64,000 nt of DNA from an uncultured Gammaproteobacteria bacterium (GCA_963735775.1 CAVTMG010000002.1:459904-523903), one strand, 5' to 3'; numbered from the stretch's first letter, positions 14,675 through 23,013 are shown. Numbers and translations are program-made. Notes: generated by a model from the letters alone, not told the origin.

Positions 14675-15139
14675 ATGCACGTGCGCGTCCTTTCCGCCCT
14701 CCTGCCGGTCCTCCTGGCCGCGACCCTGGCTGTGGCGCCCAAGTTCGCCGACGCCGCCTCCTGCCGCCTCACGCCCAAGCAGGTCGTGACGCACTTCATG
14801 ACCACGCTCTATGTCGACAAGCAAGTGCGTGCGGCATTCGAGACCTGGGTCGCTCCGGGGTACATCCAGCACAATCCGCTCGCGCAGACCGGGCGCCAGG
14901 CCGCGATTGATTTCCTGGAGCCGTTCTTTGCGCAGCACCCGGATATCAATTACTCAATCAAACGCATCATCGCCGAAGGCAATCTGGTCGCGGTGCATTC
15001 CCACGGCGTATTCACCGCCGGTGACCCCGGCATCGCCGTGGTCGACATTCTGCGGGTCGAAGGCTGCCGCGTGGTCGAGCACTGGGACGTGGCACAGCCG
15101 GTGTCGGCAAAATCGGCCAATACCAATGGTATGTTCTGA
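14675..15139 (+). CDS. secreted NTF2/SnoaL-like protein (signal peptide)
   Basis: Has the signal MHVRVLSALLPVLLAATLAVAPKFADA, then ..YIQHNP..NLVAVHSH..DILRVEGCRVVEHWDV, a SnoaL-like pattern. Confidence 0.65.
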   Translation: MHVRVLSALLPVLLAATLAVAPKFADAASCRLTPKQVVTHFMTTLYVDKQVRAAFETWVAPGYIQHNPLAQTGRQAAIDFLEPFFAQHPDINYSIKRIIAEGNLVAVHSHGVFTAGDPGIAVVDILRVEGCRVVEHWDVAQPVSAKSANTNGMF

Positions 15140-15166
15140 TCACAGGCCGCGCGCTCGCTTTGTTTC

Positions 15167-15180
15167 CTAACATTTGTTAG
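15167..15180. promoter_or_regulatory. CTAACATTTGTTAG; second copy of the candidate operator
   Basis: Lies 34 bp upstream of the ATG at 15214. With flanks it matches the reverse complement of site 1 at 15 of 16 positions (AGCTAACAAATGTTAG versus AGCTAACAATTGTTAG). Confidence 0.5.
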
Positions 15181-15213
15181 CTTGAGTTTCGAAAAGAACG
15201 ATTGGGGGCTGGT

Positions 15214-15900
15214 ATGTCTGACACCGAGGCGCGGCTTGCCGCCTTGGAGCATCGCGTGGGCGAGCTCGAGGACATCAACGCCATTCGCCGTCTGCACTGG
15301 GCCTATGGCTACTACATCGACTTCAACCGCGCCGAGGACGTGGTGCAGTTATTCGCCCGCGACGGGGCGGTGGTGTTCCTCTCGGGGGAGTACCGCGGGC
15401 ATGAGGGCGTGCGCAGGCTCTACGGCACCTGGTTCCAGAACTATTTCACCCGCGGCGCCAACGGCCCGGTCTATGGCTTGCTGCTCGATCATTTTCAGAT
15501 GCAGGACATCATAACGATCGCGCCGGATCGGCAGACGGCCAAGGGACGATTCCGGGGACTGCTCATGGGGGGAAGCCACGAAACCCGGGATTACAAGCCC
15601 GAGGGTCTGCCGTTGCAGTTCTATGAAGCCGGCATTTATGAAAACGACTATGTCCGTGACGGCGGGGTTTGGAAGATCAGGCGCCTGGATTACATGATGC
15701 AATGGCAGGCCGATTATGAGCGCGGCTGGTCGAAGACCATTGCGCACCTGCAGCCGGCCACGCTGACCTTTCCCGAGAACCCGCTGGGGCCGGACGCGTT
15801 GCTGCCGCCGGACGAGGTTCGCCGGACCTGGCCGCATCGCCAGGACGTGCCGATGCATTTCGCGCATCCGCGCTTCGGCGCATTGCTGGCAGGCACTTGA
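15214..15900 (+). CDS. NTF2/SnoaL-like domain protein (long form, ~228 aa)
   Basis: MSDTEARLAALEHRVGELEDINAIRRLHWAYGYYID..AGIYENDYVRDGGVWKIRRL. It is a paralogue of 13853..14566. Confidence 0.65.
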   Translation: MSDTEARLAALEHRVGELEDINAIRRLHWAYGYYIDFNRAEDVVQLFARDGAVVFLSGEYRGHEGVRRLYGTWFQNYFTRGANGPVYGLLLDHFQMQDIITIAPDRQTAKGRFRGLLMGGSHETRDYKPEGLPLQFYEAGIYENDYVRDGGVWKIRRLDYMMQWQADYERGWSKTIAHLQPATLTFPENPLGPDALLPPDEVRRTWPHRQDVPMHFAHPRFGALLAGT

Positions 15901-15922
15901 ACCGCGGTGCTGCCCTCAGCCA

Positions 15923-16414
15923 TCACGCCCGCGGGACATGCGGGCGCCGTTCACTGGGCTGCCATTGCAGTACCCGCTCATCCAGTCTTGCCAGAAGCCG
16001 TCTCAGGCTGGCGCGCTCGCGGGTGGTCAGGATGCCGAATAGGAAACGCGCGATCTGCGCGATGTTGGGCTTCATCGCCAGGTACGTCCTGGCGCCACGG
16101 GCGCTGATGCGGTACGGCTTGCGGCGGCGGTTGCCGGAATTGGTTGCCGGCTCGACCAATTTCATGGCGTGCAGCGAGGCCAGGGCGCGGCTGACGTTCA
16201 TGGCCTGCATGCCCATCAGTTCGGCCAGGTCGTGTCCGGCTGATTCGCCCTCGTCGGCAAGCGCCATCAGGATGCGCAGCTCGTTCGAGCTGCAGCCCGC
16301 GAGGTCGGCGACGCCATCGCGCATTGGGCGGCTGATCAGCGAGGCGAATCGCAGCATGGCCACCAATAGGCCGATCTCGCGGTCCATTCGAATCGATTTC
16401 TTCCGCCTGGTCAT
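15923..16414 (-). CDS. MarR-family transcriptional regulator
   Basis: 163 aa from the ATG at 16414 (MTRRKKSIRMDREIG..). The winged-HTH region is ..SNELRILMALADEGESAGHDLAELMGMQAMNVSRALASLHAMKLVE..RRRKPYRISARG. The upstream extension of the track ORF is not protein-like. Confidence 0.8.
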   Translation of the reverse strand: MTRRKKSIRMDREIGLLVAMLRFASLISRPMRDGVADLAGCSSNELRILMALADEGESAGHDLAELMGMQAMNVSRALASLHAMKLVEPATNSGNRRRKPYRISARGARTYLAMKPNIAQIARFLFGILTTRERASLRRLLARLDERVLQWQPSERRPHVPRA

Positions 16415-16460
16415 TATGGTCAAGCGCCTGTCGTCGCCGAAGAACTCCCTGGGAGCAAAC

Positions 16461-16476
16461 GTTAACATTTGTTTGG
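16461..16476. promoter_or_regulatory. GTTAACATTTGTTTGG; third, degenerate copy of the candidate operator
   Basis: Lies 47 bp upstream of the marR ATG in the marR / TonB-receptor divergent region. It matches site 2 at 12 of 14 positions. Confidence 0.4.
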
Positions 16477-16808
16477 GTCTTGAATGGGCTGATTGCGTTT
16501 GATTTACTTGCAAAAAAGCCCGCGCCTGGGGATTCGTCTCATGGGCCGCAAGCCAGTCAGCCCAATGAGCCTGTCGCGCGCGATGGCCGGCCATGGCCGG
16601 GTGTGGTTTTTTTGGCCTCGCTTTATCGGCGTGGCGCGATTTTTTGTTCACCATTGGGAGAGTTTGACGCCCGAAAACACAGCTAGACTCGTGCATTCGA
16701 AAAATGCCGCGAGTGGCAACGGCGTGGGCGTGCGCGAAACGCATCATTTCGTGACAAGGCGTCTGAAAGCCTGGATACGCATAATCGGTCAAATGGGGGG
16801 CGATTCTC

Positions 16809-19214
16809 ATGAGCTCGACAGTTCAAGCTAGCGTAAATCGATTGCTGAAGTATGGGCTGCTGCCGGCCTTGGCCGCGGCGCTGCTCGCGGGACAGGCGGC
16901 GGCCGCCGATCAGACGGCCACCAGCACAGCCACCACTGCAACCTCCAATACGGCTCCCGGCACGGATAACGGCGCGCTGGAGGAAATCGTCGTCACCGCG
17001 CAGTTCCGCCAGCAGAATCTGCAGGACACGCCGGTAGCCATCACCGCGGTCAATGCCGAAATGATGGAAGAGCGCGGCCAGACGACGCTGCACGAACTGG
17101 GCCAGCACGCGCCGAATGTGGAGCTGGTTGAAACCGGCGGTGCATTTGGTCCGGGCATGACCGCCACGATCCGCGGCATCGGCCAGGCTGACTTCGACCC
17201 GGCGTTCGCGCCCGGCGTCGGTATCTACATCGACGATGTCTACTACACCAGCCTGACCGGCTCGAACTTCGCGCTGCTGGACCTGGACCGCGTCGAGATC
17301 CTTCGCGGCCCGCAGGGCACGTTGTCGGGGGCCAATTCCGAGGGCGGCTCGATCAAGCTGTACACGGTCAAGCCGCAGGGCGATGACAGCGGCTCGTTCA
17401 AGGCCAGCTACGGTGAGCGTAACCTGATCGACCTGCAGGCGATGGGGGACGTGTCGCTGATCAAGGACACGCTGTTCCTGCGTCTGTCTGGCGTATCGCA
17501 CCAGCAGGACGGCTATGTGACCCGCGTCGACTACGGCTGCGCGTTTCCCAATTCCGGCATCCCGGCGGTCGGTGGCCTGATGGGCGATTGCGTTGCCGGC
17601 CACGAAGGCGGCAAGGACTATCATGCCGGGCGCGCGGCACTGCGCTGGTTGCCGGCCGACAACTTCGAGGCGAACCTCACGGCTGACGTGACCATCGATA
17701 ATTCCCAGTCCGCCGCCGTTACGCTGCTAGCGGCGAATCCGGTCTTAGGGGTTCCCACGGCTTTCAATTCGGGCTTCCCGCCGGGCAACGCAAAGGGCGT
17801 GGCCTATGACGATCGTTTCGTCCCCAGCAATCCGTACGTGAGCTACGCCTCGTTCTGCGGCGTGGGCATCGCCGGCAACACCTACTGCTTCTCGCCGGAC
17901 ACCCACAGCAAACAATGGGGTACGAATCTGACGCTGGACTGGAAACTCGCGCCGGACCTGGCCGTGAAATCCATCACCGCCTACCGCGCGTTCGACACCC
18001 AGTGGACCGAGGACAACGACGTGTCGCCGTTGTCCGGATCCCTCGGTGCGGAACACCTGATCAACCATACCTTCACGCAGGAACTGCGACTGAATGGCAA
18101 GGTCGGCAGCGTGCTCGACTACACGATCGGTGGTTTTTTCCTGGATCAGGTCACGACCTATCCGACGCACCAGATCCTGGACTACATCGCCCCGACGCTT
18201 GATTTCGAGTTCCTGGGTGATGACCCGATCAGGGAACAGGATTACGCCGCCTTTGGCGACGCCACCTGGCACATTACCGATGCGCTGAGTCTCAATGGCG
18301 GCGTGCGCTACACGCACCAGCAGAAGAACTACACCTACGAGCGCGAGAATCCGCCCACCATTGGTGGCGGCGACAGCGTTTTCTTTCCGCCGGGCTTTTC
18401 GAACACCGTGGGCAAGTTCTCCGGTGGCAAGACCGACTACCGCGCCAACCTGGAATATCGATGGACGCCGGATGTGATGACCTACGCCAGCGTGTCGACC
18501 GGCTTCAAGGGCGGTGGCACCAACCCGCGTCCGTTCAATGCCGCGCAGGTGCAGCCATTCGGACCGGAGTCCCTGACCGCTTACGAAATCGGCGCCAAGA
18601 CCGACTGGTTCGATCATAGCCTGCGTCTGAACGTTTCCGGCTTCTACAACAAGTACAAGGACATCCAGGTGGTGCTGCTGAGCTGTCCGCAATTCGGTGG
18701 CCCCGGCCCGTGCGCCGCACCGGTCAATGGCGGTGACGCGAACGTCTACGGTGCCGAGTTGGAAGCCGAGTATCGCTTCGGTGGCCTGTCCATCGACGGC
18801 AGCGTCAGCCGCCAGCACTTCACATACACGTCGATTGACCCACTGTCGGGTATCACGCTTGGCTCCCAGGAAGCAGGGTTCCAGCCGGACAAGTGGAGCG
18901 TCGGCGCACAGTATGAGGCCCGGATCCCGAATGGTGGCTCGATCACGCCGCGCCTGGACTACGTCTACGAGGCCGGCGCTCAGACCATCACCATTCCGGA
19001 TGCATTCAGCTACCTGCCGGGCTATCACGAGCTGAACAGCCGCATCACTTACAGGCCGGAAGGCGGCAGGTGGGAGCTGTCCGTGGTCGGGACGAACCTG
19101 GCCAACAAGCTCTGGTACATATCGGAATTCGATCTTTACGAACAATCGGGAGCGGATTACGGCACCCCGGCGCCGCCGCGAACAATCTGGCTGGAGTTCA
19201 AAACGAAGTTGTGA
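16809..19214 (+). CDS. TonB-dependent outer-membrane receptor
   Basis: 801 aa and intact. It has a signal peptide and a plug region (EEIVVTAQFRQQNLQDTPVAITAV..IRGIG..GVGIYIDDV..LDLDRVEILRGPQGTL), followed by a long beta-barrel with aromatic-rich repeats. Confidence 0.9.
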   Translation: MSSTVQASVNRLLKYGLLPALAAALLAGQAAAADQTATSTATTATSNTAPGTDNGALEEIVVTAQFRQQNLQDTPVAITAVNAEMMEERGQTTLHELGQHAPNVELVETGGAFGPGMTATIRGIGQADFDPAFAPGVGIYIDDVYYTSLTGSNFALLDLDRVEILRGPQGTLSGANSEGGSIKLYTVKPQGDDSGSFKASYGERNLIDLQAMGDVSLIKDTLFLRLSGVSHQQDGYVTRVDYGCAFPNSGIPAVGGLMGDCVAGHEGGKDYHAGRAALRWLPADNFEANLTADVTIDNSQSAAVTLLAANPVLGVPTAFNSGFPPGNAKGVAYDDRFVPSNPYVSYASFCGVGIAGNTYCFSPDTHSKQWGTNLTLDWKLAPDLAVKSITAYRAFDTQWTEDNDVSPLSGSLGAEHLINHTFTQELRLNGKVGSVLDYTIGGFFLDQVTTYPTHQILDYIAPTLDFEFLGDDPIREQDYAAFGDATWHITDALSLNGGVRYTHQQKNYTYERENPPTIGGGDSVFFPPGFSNTVGKFSGGKTDYRANLEYRWTPDVMTYASVSTGFKGGGTNPRPFNAAQVQPFGPESLTAYEIGAKTDWFDHSLRLNVSGFYNKYKDIQVVLLSCPQFGGPGPCAAPVNGGDANVYGAELEAEYRFGGLSIDGSVSRQHFTYTSIDPLSGITLGSQEAGFQPDKWSVGAQYEARIPNGGSITPRLDYVYEAGAQTITIPDAFSYLPGYHELNSRITYRPEGGRWELSVVGTNLANKLWYISEFDLYEQSGADYGTPAPPRTIWLEFKTKL

Positions 19215-19224
19215 TCGGACAGCG

Positions 19225-19254
19225 GCCTCGCGTCGCGGTAACGCGGCGCGAGGC
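19225..19254. terminator. GC-rich stem-loop between convergent genes (possible bidirectional terminator)
   Basis: GCCTCGCG-T-CGCG-GTAA-CGCG-G-CGCGAGGC lies directly after the TonB-receptor stop. No clear U-tract follows. Confidence 0.4.
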
Positions 19255-19283
19255 ATGCGGCCCCGCACCGGGTAGCGAAAACC

Positions 19284-19403
19284 TCAAGAGAGTATGCGCG
19301 CGAACAGCCAGCGCAACAGGGCGGCGACTATCAGGGTGGCCGTGACGCTCGCGGCCCACAGGCCGAAGAACCACAGCAGCCGTTGTGTGCGCGTACCGGT
19401 CAA
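19284..19403 (-). CDS. candidate 39-aa single-TM peptide downstream of cioB (DUF2474/CydX-like position); not in the ORF track
   Basis: A TTG start overlaps the cioB stop (cat TGA / a TTG a). The product is (M)TGTRTQRLLWFFGLWAASVTATLIVAALLRWLFARILS*. Confidence 0.45.
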   Translation of the reverse strand: MTGTRTQRLLWFFGLWAASVTATLIVAALLRWLFARILS

Positions 19404-20413
19404 TGGTAACCCTCGGTACTACCGACCTTGCCGCGAAACACCCAGTAGGCGTGGGCGGTGTACGCCACAATGATAGGAATAAGTATCACCGTCCCCACGA
19501 GCATGAATCGCTGGCTGGAGGCGGGTGCCGATGCCGCCGCGATCGTGATGGTCTCGGGTACCAGGTAGGGATAGACGCTGACACCCAGCCCCACGTAGCT
19601 GAGCGTGAACAAACCCAGGGTCAGGAAAAAGGGCGCTCGCTCCCAGTGGTGTTTGAGTGCGAAGAAAAACAGCACCGCCGCAATGAGCACCAGCAGCGGC
19701 ACCTGTGCGCTCAGCAGCACATTCGGCCACTGAAACCAGCGGCGGGCATATTCAGAATGCAGCATCGGCGTGGCCAGACTCACCGCGGCGATGCCTATGA
19801 CCAGCGCCAGACCGCAGCGGAGCGCGAGGCCATAGGCGCGCTGCTGCAGATCATTTTCGGTCTTGAGGATGATCCAGCTTGCACCCAGAGTCGCGTAGCC
19901 GGCCACGAGCGCAGCGCCGGTCAGCAGGCTGAACGGCGACAGCCAATCCCACCACCCACCGGCATAGTGCCGGCCCTGCACATGAATGCCCTGGAGGATG
20001 GCGCCCAACGCCACGCCCTGCATGAATGCGGCCAGCGTCGAGCCGGCGAAGAAGGCGCCGTCCCAGAAGCGGCGGCCACGCTGTGTGCGCCAGCGAAACT
20101 CGAAGGCCACGCCGCGGAAGATCAAACCCAGCAGCATGGCGATCACCGGTGTGTACAGCGCCGGCATCAGAATGGCGTAGGCCAGCGGGAATGCGGCCAT
20201 CAGGCCGCCGCCGCCGAGAATCAGCCAGGTCTCGTTGCCATCCCATACCGGGGCAATCGTATTCATGACTGTGCCGCGTTCACGCTCGCCACGGAACAAT
20301 GGAAATAAAATGCCTATGCCCAGGTCGAAGCCGTCCATGACGATGTAGGCGAATACCGCCAGCGCCACGATCAGCGCCCAGACATAGCCCAATGTCGCAT
20401 CGGCGACCATCAC
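19400..20413 (-). CDS. cydB: cytochrome bd-type ubiquinol oxidase subunit II
   Basis: 337 aa, polytopic (MMVADATLGYVWALIVALAVFAYIVMDGFDLGIGILFP..). Overlaps the subunit I stop. Confidence 0.9.
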   Translation of the reverse strand: MMVADATLGYVWALIVALAVFAYIVMDGFDLGIGILFPLFRGERERGTVMNTIAPVWDGNETWLILGGGGLMAAFPLAYAILMPALYTPVIAMLLGLIFRGVAFEFRWRTQRGRRFWDGAFFAGSTLAAFMQGVALGAILQGIHVQGRHYAGGWWDWLSPFSLLTGAALVAGYATLGASWIILKTENDLQQRAYGLALRCGLALVIGIAAVSLATPMLHSEYARRWFQWPNVLLSAQVPLLVLIAAVLFFFALKHHWERAPFFLTLGLFTLSYVGLGVSVYPYLVPETITIAAASAPASSQRFMLVGTVILIPIIVAYTAHAYWVFRGKVGSTEGYH

Positions 20414-21828
20414 ACCAGGCCCCGCGGTACGATCCCGGCGCTGCGTTGTGGTACCGGCTCGGGAGTGGCCGCTTCGCCGCCGTGCGGTGGTGCGCGCATG
20501 AGCCGCAGTATGTAGAACGCGCCGGCGCCGAACACGGTGAAGTAGACGAGCGCGAATGCGGCCAGCGAGGCGGCGACCGCCGGCGCCGCCAGCGGCGAGG
20601 CAGAATCGACGGTACGCAGCACATGATAGATGGTGAATGGCTGCCGGCCGACTTCGGTGGTGAACCAGCCAGCGATCACCGCCAGGATGCCGGCGGGCCC
20701 CATGAGCAGCGCCGCGCGTTGCAGAAAGCGGCTGTCAAACAGGCGACCGCGTGCGCGCGCCACCAGGCTCGTGATGCCGAGCGCGAATATGGCCAACCCC
20801 AATCCCACCATGATGCGGAAGGTCCAGAAAATCACCGCCACCGGCGGCCAGTCGGCGCGCGGTACGCTGTTGAGGCCGGCCATGGGTGCATGCAGATCGT
20901 GCTTGAGCACCAGCGAGGACAGCAGCGGAATCTCGATGGCCGCACGTACTCGTCCCGCGGCCTGATCAGGCAGCCCGAAGAGAATCAACGGTGCGCCGTT
21001 CGGGCTGTCTTCAAAGTGACCTTCCAGCGCCATGATCTTGACCGGCTGATGCTCGAGGGTATTCAGGCCATGCATGTCGCCGGCGATGATCTGGATGGGC
21101 GCCACGATCGCCGCCATCCACATGGCCATGGAGAACATGCGTCTTACCTCGGGCGGGTCGTGCCGGCGCAGAAGATGAAACGCGGCTACGGAACCTACGA
21201 TCAGCGCGGTACTCAAATAGGCGGCCAGGACCATGTGCACCAGCCGGTAGGGAAACGAGGGATTGAAGATGATCTCGAGCCAGGATAGCGGGATGAACTG
21301 CCCGGCGGCATTGGTCCCGAAGCCCGCGGGCGTCTGCATCCAGCTGTTGGCTGCAAGAATCCAAAATGCCGAGGCCAGTGTGCCGCCGGCCACCGCCAGC
21401 GTGGCAATGTAATGCAATGTCCTGCCGACGCGTGTCAGTCCGAACAGCATGATGCCGAGAAAGCCGGCTTCGAGAAAGAACGCGGTCAGCACTTCGTAGG
21501 CCATGAGCGGCCCGATGATGGGTCCGGCGCGATCGGCGAACGTGGACCAGTTACTGCCGAATTGGTAGGACATGACCAGCCCGGATACCACGCCCATGCC
21601 GAATACCGTGGCGAAGATCCGGACCCAGTATTTGTACAGGTTGAGGTAGGTGTCGCGCGCGCTCACCAGCCACAGGCCCTCGAGCACGGCCAGGTAGCTT
21701 GCAAGTCCGATCGAGATCGCCGGAAATACGATGTGGAAGGCCATCGTAAAGGCGAATTGAGCACGGGCAAGCAGGATGGCGGCGGGCACGGTGGGGCACT
21801 TTGGCGGCAAGGCGCTGCCAGGCATCAT
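20410..21828 (-). CDS. cydA: cytochrome bd-type ubiquinol oxidase subunit I (short, CioA-like length)
   Basis: 472 aa. Contains ..LARAQFAFTMAFHIVFPAISIGL.. and ..GWFTTEVGRQPF.., conserved CydA motifs. The length is consistent with the short Q-loop (cyanide-insensitive) subgroup. Confidence 0.9.
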   Translation of the reverse strand: MMPGSALPPKCPTVPAAILLARAQFAFTMAFHIVFPAISIGLASYLAVLEGLWLVSARDTYLNLYKYWVRIFATVFGMGVVSGLVMSYQFGSNWSTFADRAGPIIGPLMAYEVLTAFFLEAGFLGIMLFGLTRVGRTLHYIATLAVAGGTLASAFWILAANSWMQTPAGFGTNAAGQFIPLSWLEIIFNPSFPYRLVHMVLAAYLSTALIVGSVAAFHLLRRHDPPEVRRMFSMAMWMAAIVAPIQIIAGDMHGLNTLEHQPVKIMALEGHFEDSPNGAPLILFGLPDQAAGRVRAAIEIPLLSSLVLKHDLHAPMAGLNSVPRADWPPVAVIFWTFRIMVGLGLAIFALGITSLVARARGRLFDSRFLQRAALLMGPAGILAVIAGWFTTEVGRQPFTIYHVLRTVDSASPLAAPAVAASLAAFALVYFTVFGAGAFYILRLMRAPPHGGEAATPEPVPQRSAGIVPRGLV

Positions 21829-21864
21829 AGCAGGCTATATCATGGCTTTTTTCCGGAGAGGATT

Positions 21865-22593
21865 ATGCGAGTACAACTGGGTTTGGTTGGCATTGCGCTG
21901 AGTCTCGGGCTTTGCGCGGCGGCTCAATCGGCGGACTGGCAGGCCGGAGTGAATTATATTGTTCTCGATCCGCCGCAGCCCACTGCCGTGGCGCCGGGCA
22001 AAATCGAAGTCACCGAGGTGTTTTCCTACGCCTGCCCGGCGTGCAATGCCTTCTATCCTGTGGTCGACCGAATCAAGGCCAGCCTGCCGGCCAATGCCGT
22101 GCTCGACTTCGTGCCCGCGGCATTTCGCCCGGACGAGGACTGGCCCATGTTTCAACGAGCGTTCTACGCCGCGCAGATTCTGGGAGTCGACAAGCGCACG
22201 CACGATGCCATGTTCGATGCGGTTTGGAAAACCGGCGAGCTGGCGACCGAGGACCCGCGCACGCAGCGCCTGAAAGTGCCGCCACCCAGTATCCAGGACG
22301 CGGCGGCGTTTTATGCCCACACCGCGGGCGTCAAGGCCGAAACCTTCCTCGCCACCGCCAATTCCTTTGCAGTCGATACGCGCATGCGGCAGGCCGACCA
22401 GATGGTCAAGGACTATCGCGTGGAAGGCACGCCCACGATCATCGTCAACGGCAAGTATCGCCTCGACGTGCAGTCAGCCGGCGGTCCCGACCGGGTGGTC
22501 GATCTGGTGAAATGGCTGGTGGCCAAGGAAAGTGCCGGCACCGCCAAGCCCGCGGCGCAAAGTGCCGGCACCGCCAGGCCCGCGGCGCATTGA
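21865..22593 (+). CDS. dsbA: thiol:disulfide interchange protein DsbA
   Basis: The ATG at 21865 is followed by the signal peptide MRVQLGLVGIALSLGLCAAAQSA. It has the FSYACPACNAF active site (CPAC) and ..VEGTPTIIVNGKY. The upstream part of the track ORF is antisense to cydA. Confidence 0.9.
   Translation: MRVQLGLVGIALSLGLCAAAQSADWQAGVNYIVLDPPQPTAVAPGKIEVTEVFSYACPACNAFYPVVDRIKASLPANAVLDFVPAAFRPDEDWPMFQRAFYAAQILGVDKRTHDAMFDAVWKTGELATEDPRTQRLKVPPPSIQDAAAFYAHTAGVKAETFLATANSFAVDTRMRQADQMVKDYRVEGTPTIIVNGKYRLDVQSAGGPDRVVDLVKWLVAKESAGTAKPAAQSAGTARPAAH
22531..22589 (+). repeat. 30-bp tandem duplication at the 3' end of dsbA (SAGTAKPAAQ / SAGTARPAAH)
   Basis: agtgccggcaccgccaagcccgcggcgcaa is followed by agtgccggcaccgccaggcccgcggcgca. 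Confidence 0.9.
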
Positions 22594-22596
22594 CAA

Positions 22597-22947
22597 TCAG
22601 TGCGGGGGATTCGCGGCGTTGTAGGCCTTGAGCTCGGTGTTGAATTTCTCGGCTAGCAGCTGCGCCCTCTCGACCTGGGTATCGTTGAGCGTCGCGTATT
22701 CCTGCGGTAGCTTGCTCACATCGTCGCCCGCTGCGATTTTATCGGTCAGTTTCTGTGCCAGGCAGTCGGAATAGGCTTTGACCGCGGCATCGAACGCCAC
22801 CACTGCCTTGTGTGCGGTGATCATTTCTTCCTTGGTGGCCGTGGCACCGTCCGGAATCACCACGGTGCCGTCGGGCACCACGCAATCGGCATGAATCGGG
22901 CCGCTCGCGACTAGCGCCAGCAGGTAAACAGCCAGCATGGTTTTCAT
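22597..22947 (-). CDS. hypothetical periplasmic protein (signal peptide)
   Basis: The ATG at 22947 is preceded by GAGGA. The product is MKTMLAVYLLALVASGPIHADC.. followed by a helical, charged C-terminus. No family recognised. Confidence 0.55.
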   Translation of the reverse strand: MKTMLAVYLLALVASGPIHADCVVPDGTVVIPDGATATKEEMITAHKAVVAFDAAVKAYSDCLAQKLTDKIAAGDDVSKLPQEYATLNDTQVERAQLLAEKFNTELKAYNAANPPH

Positions 22948-23013
22948 CGGTGAGTCCTCGGCCGTGCCAGCTCGTATGATGGCGTCCCGCGATCTGGATT
23001 TCAAAGGATCCGA

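Noticed and set aside
15923-16810. A 295-aa version of the MarR ORF, and the 112-aa plus-strand ORF 16493..16831
   Set aside because: The upstream 130 codons lack protein-like features and would swallow the whole divergent promoter, including the candidate operator. MarR proteins are ~150-170 aa, which fits the ATG at 16414.
16683-19268. Long minus-strand ORFs (313 aa and 507 aa) opposite the TonB-dependent receptor
   Set aside because: These are shadow ORFs of an unambiguous 801-aa receptor gene, with low-complexity Arg/Gly/Ala-rich translations.
19385-21864. Plus-strand ORFs of 307, 298 and 393 aa (N-terminal part) opposite cioB/cioA
   Set aside because: They are antisense to clearly conserved oxidase subunits. 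The 393-aa ORF is a real gene (dsbA) only from the ATG at 21865 onward.
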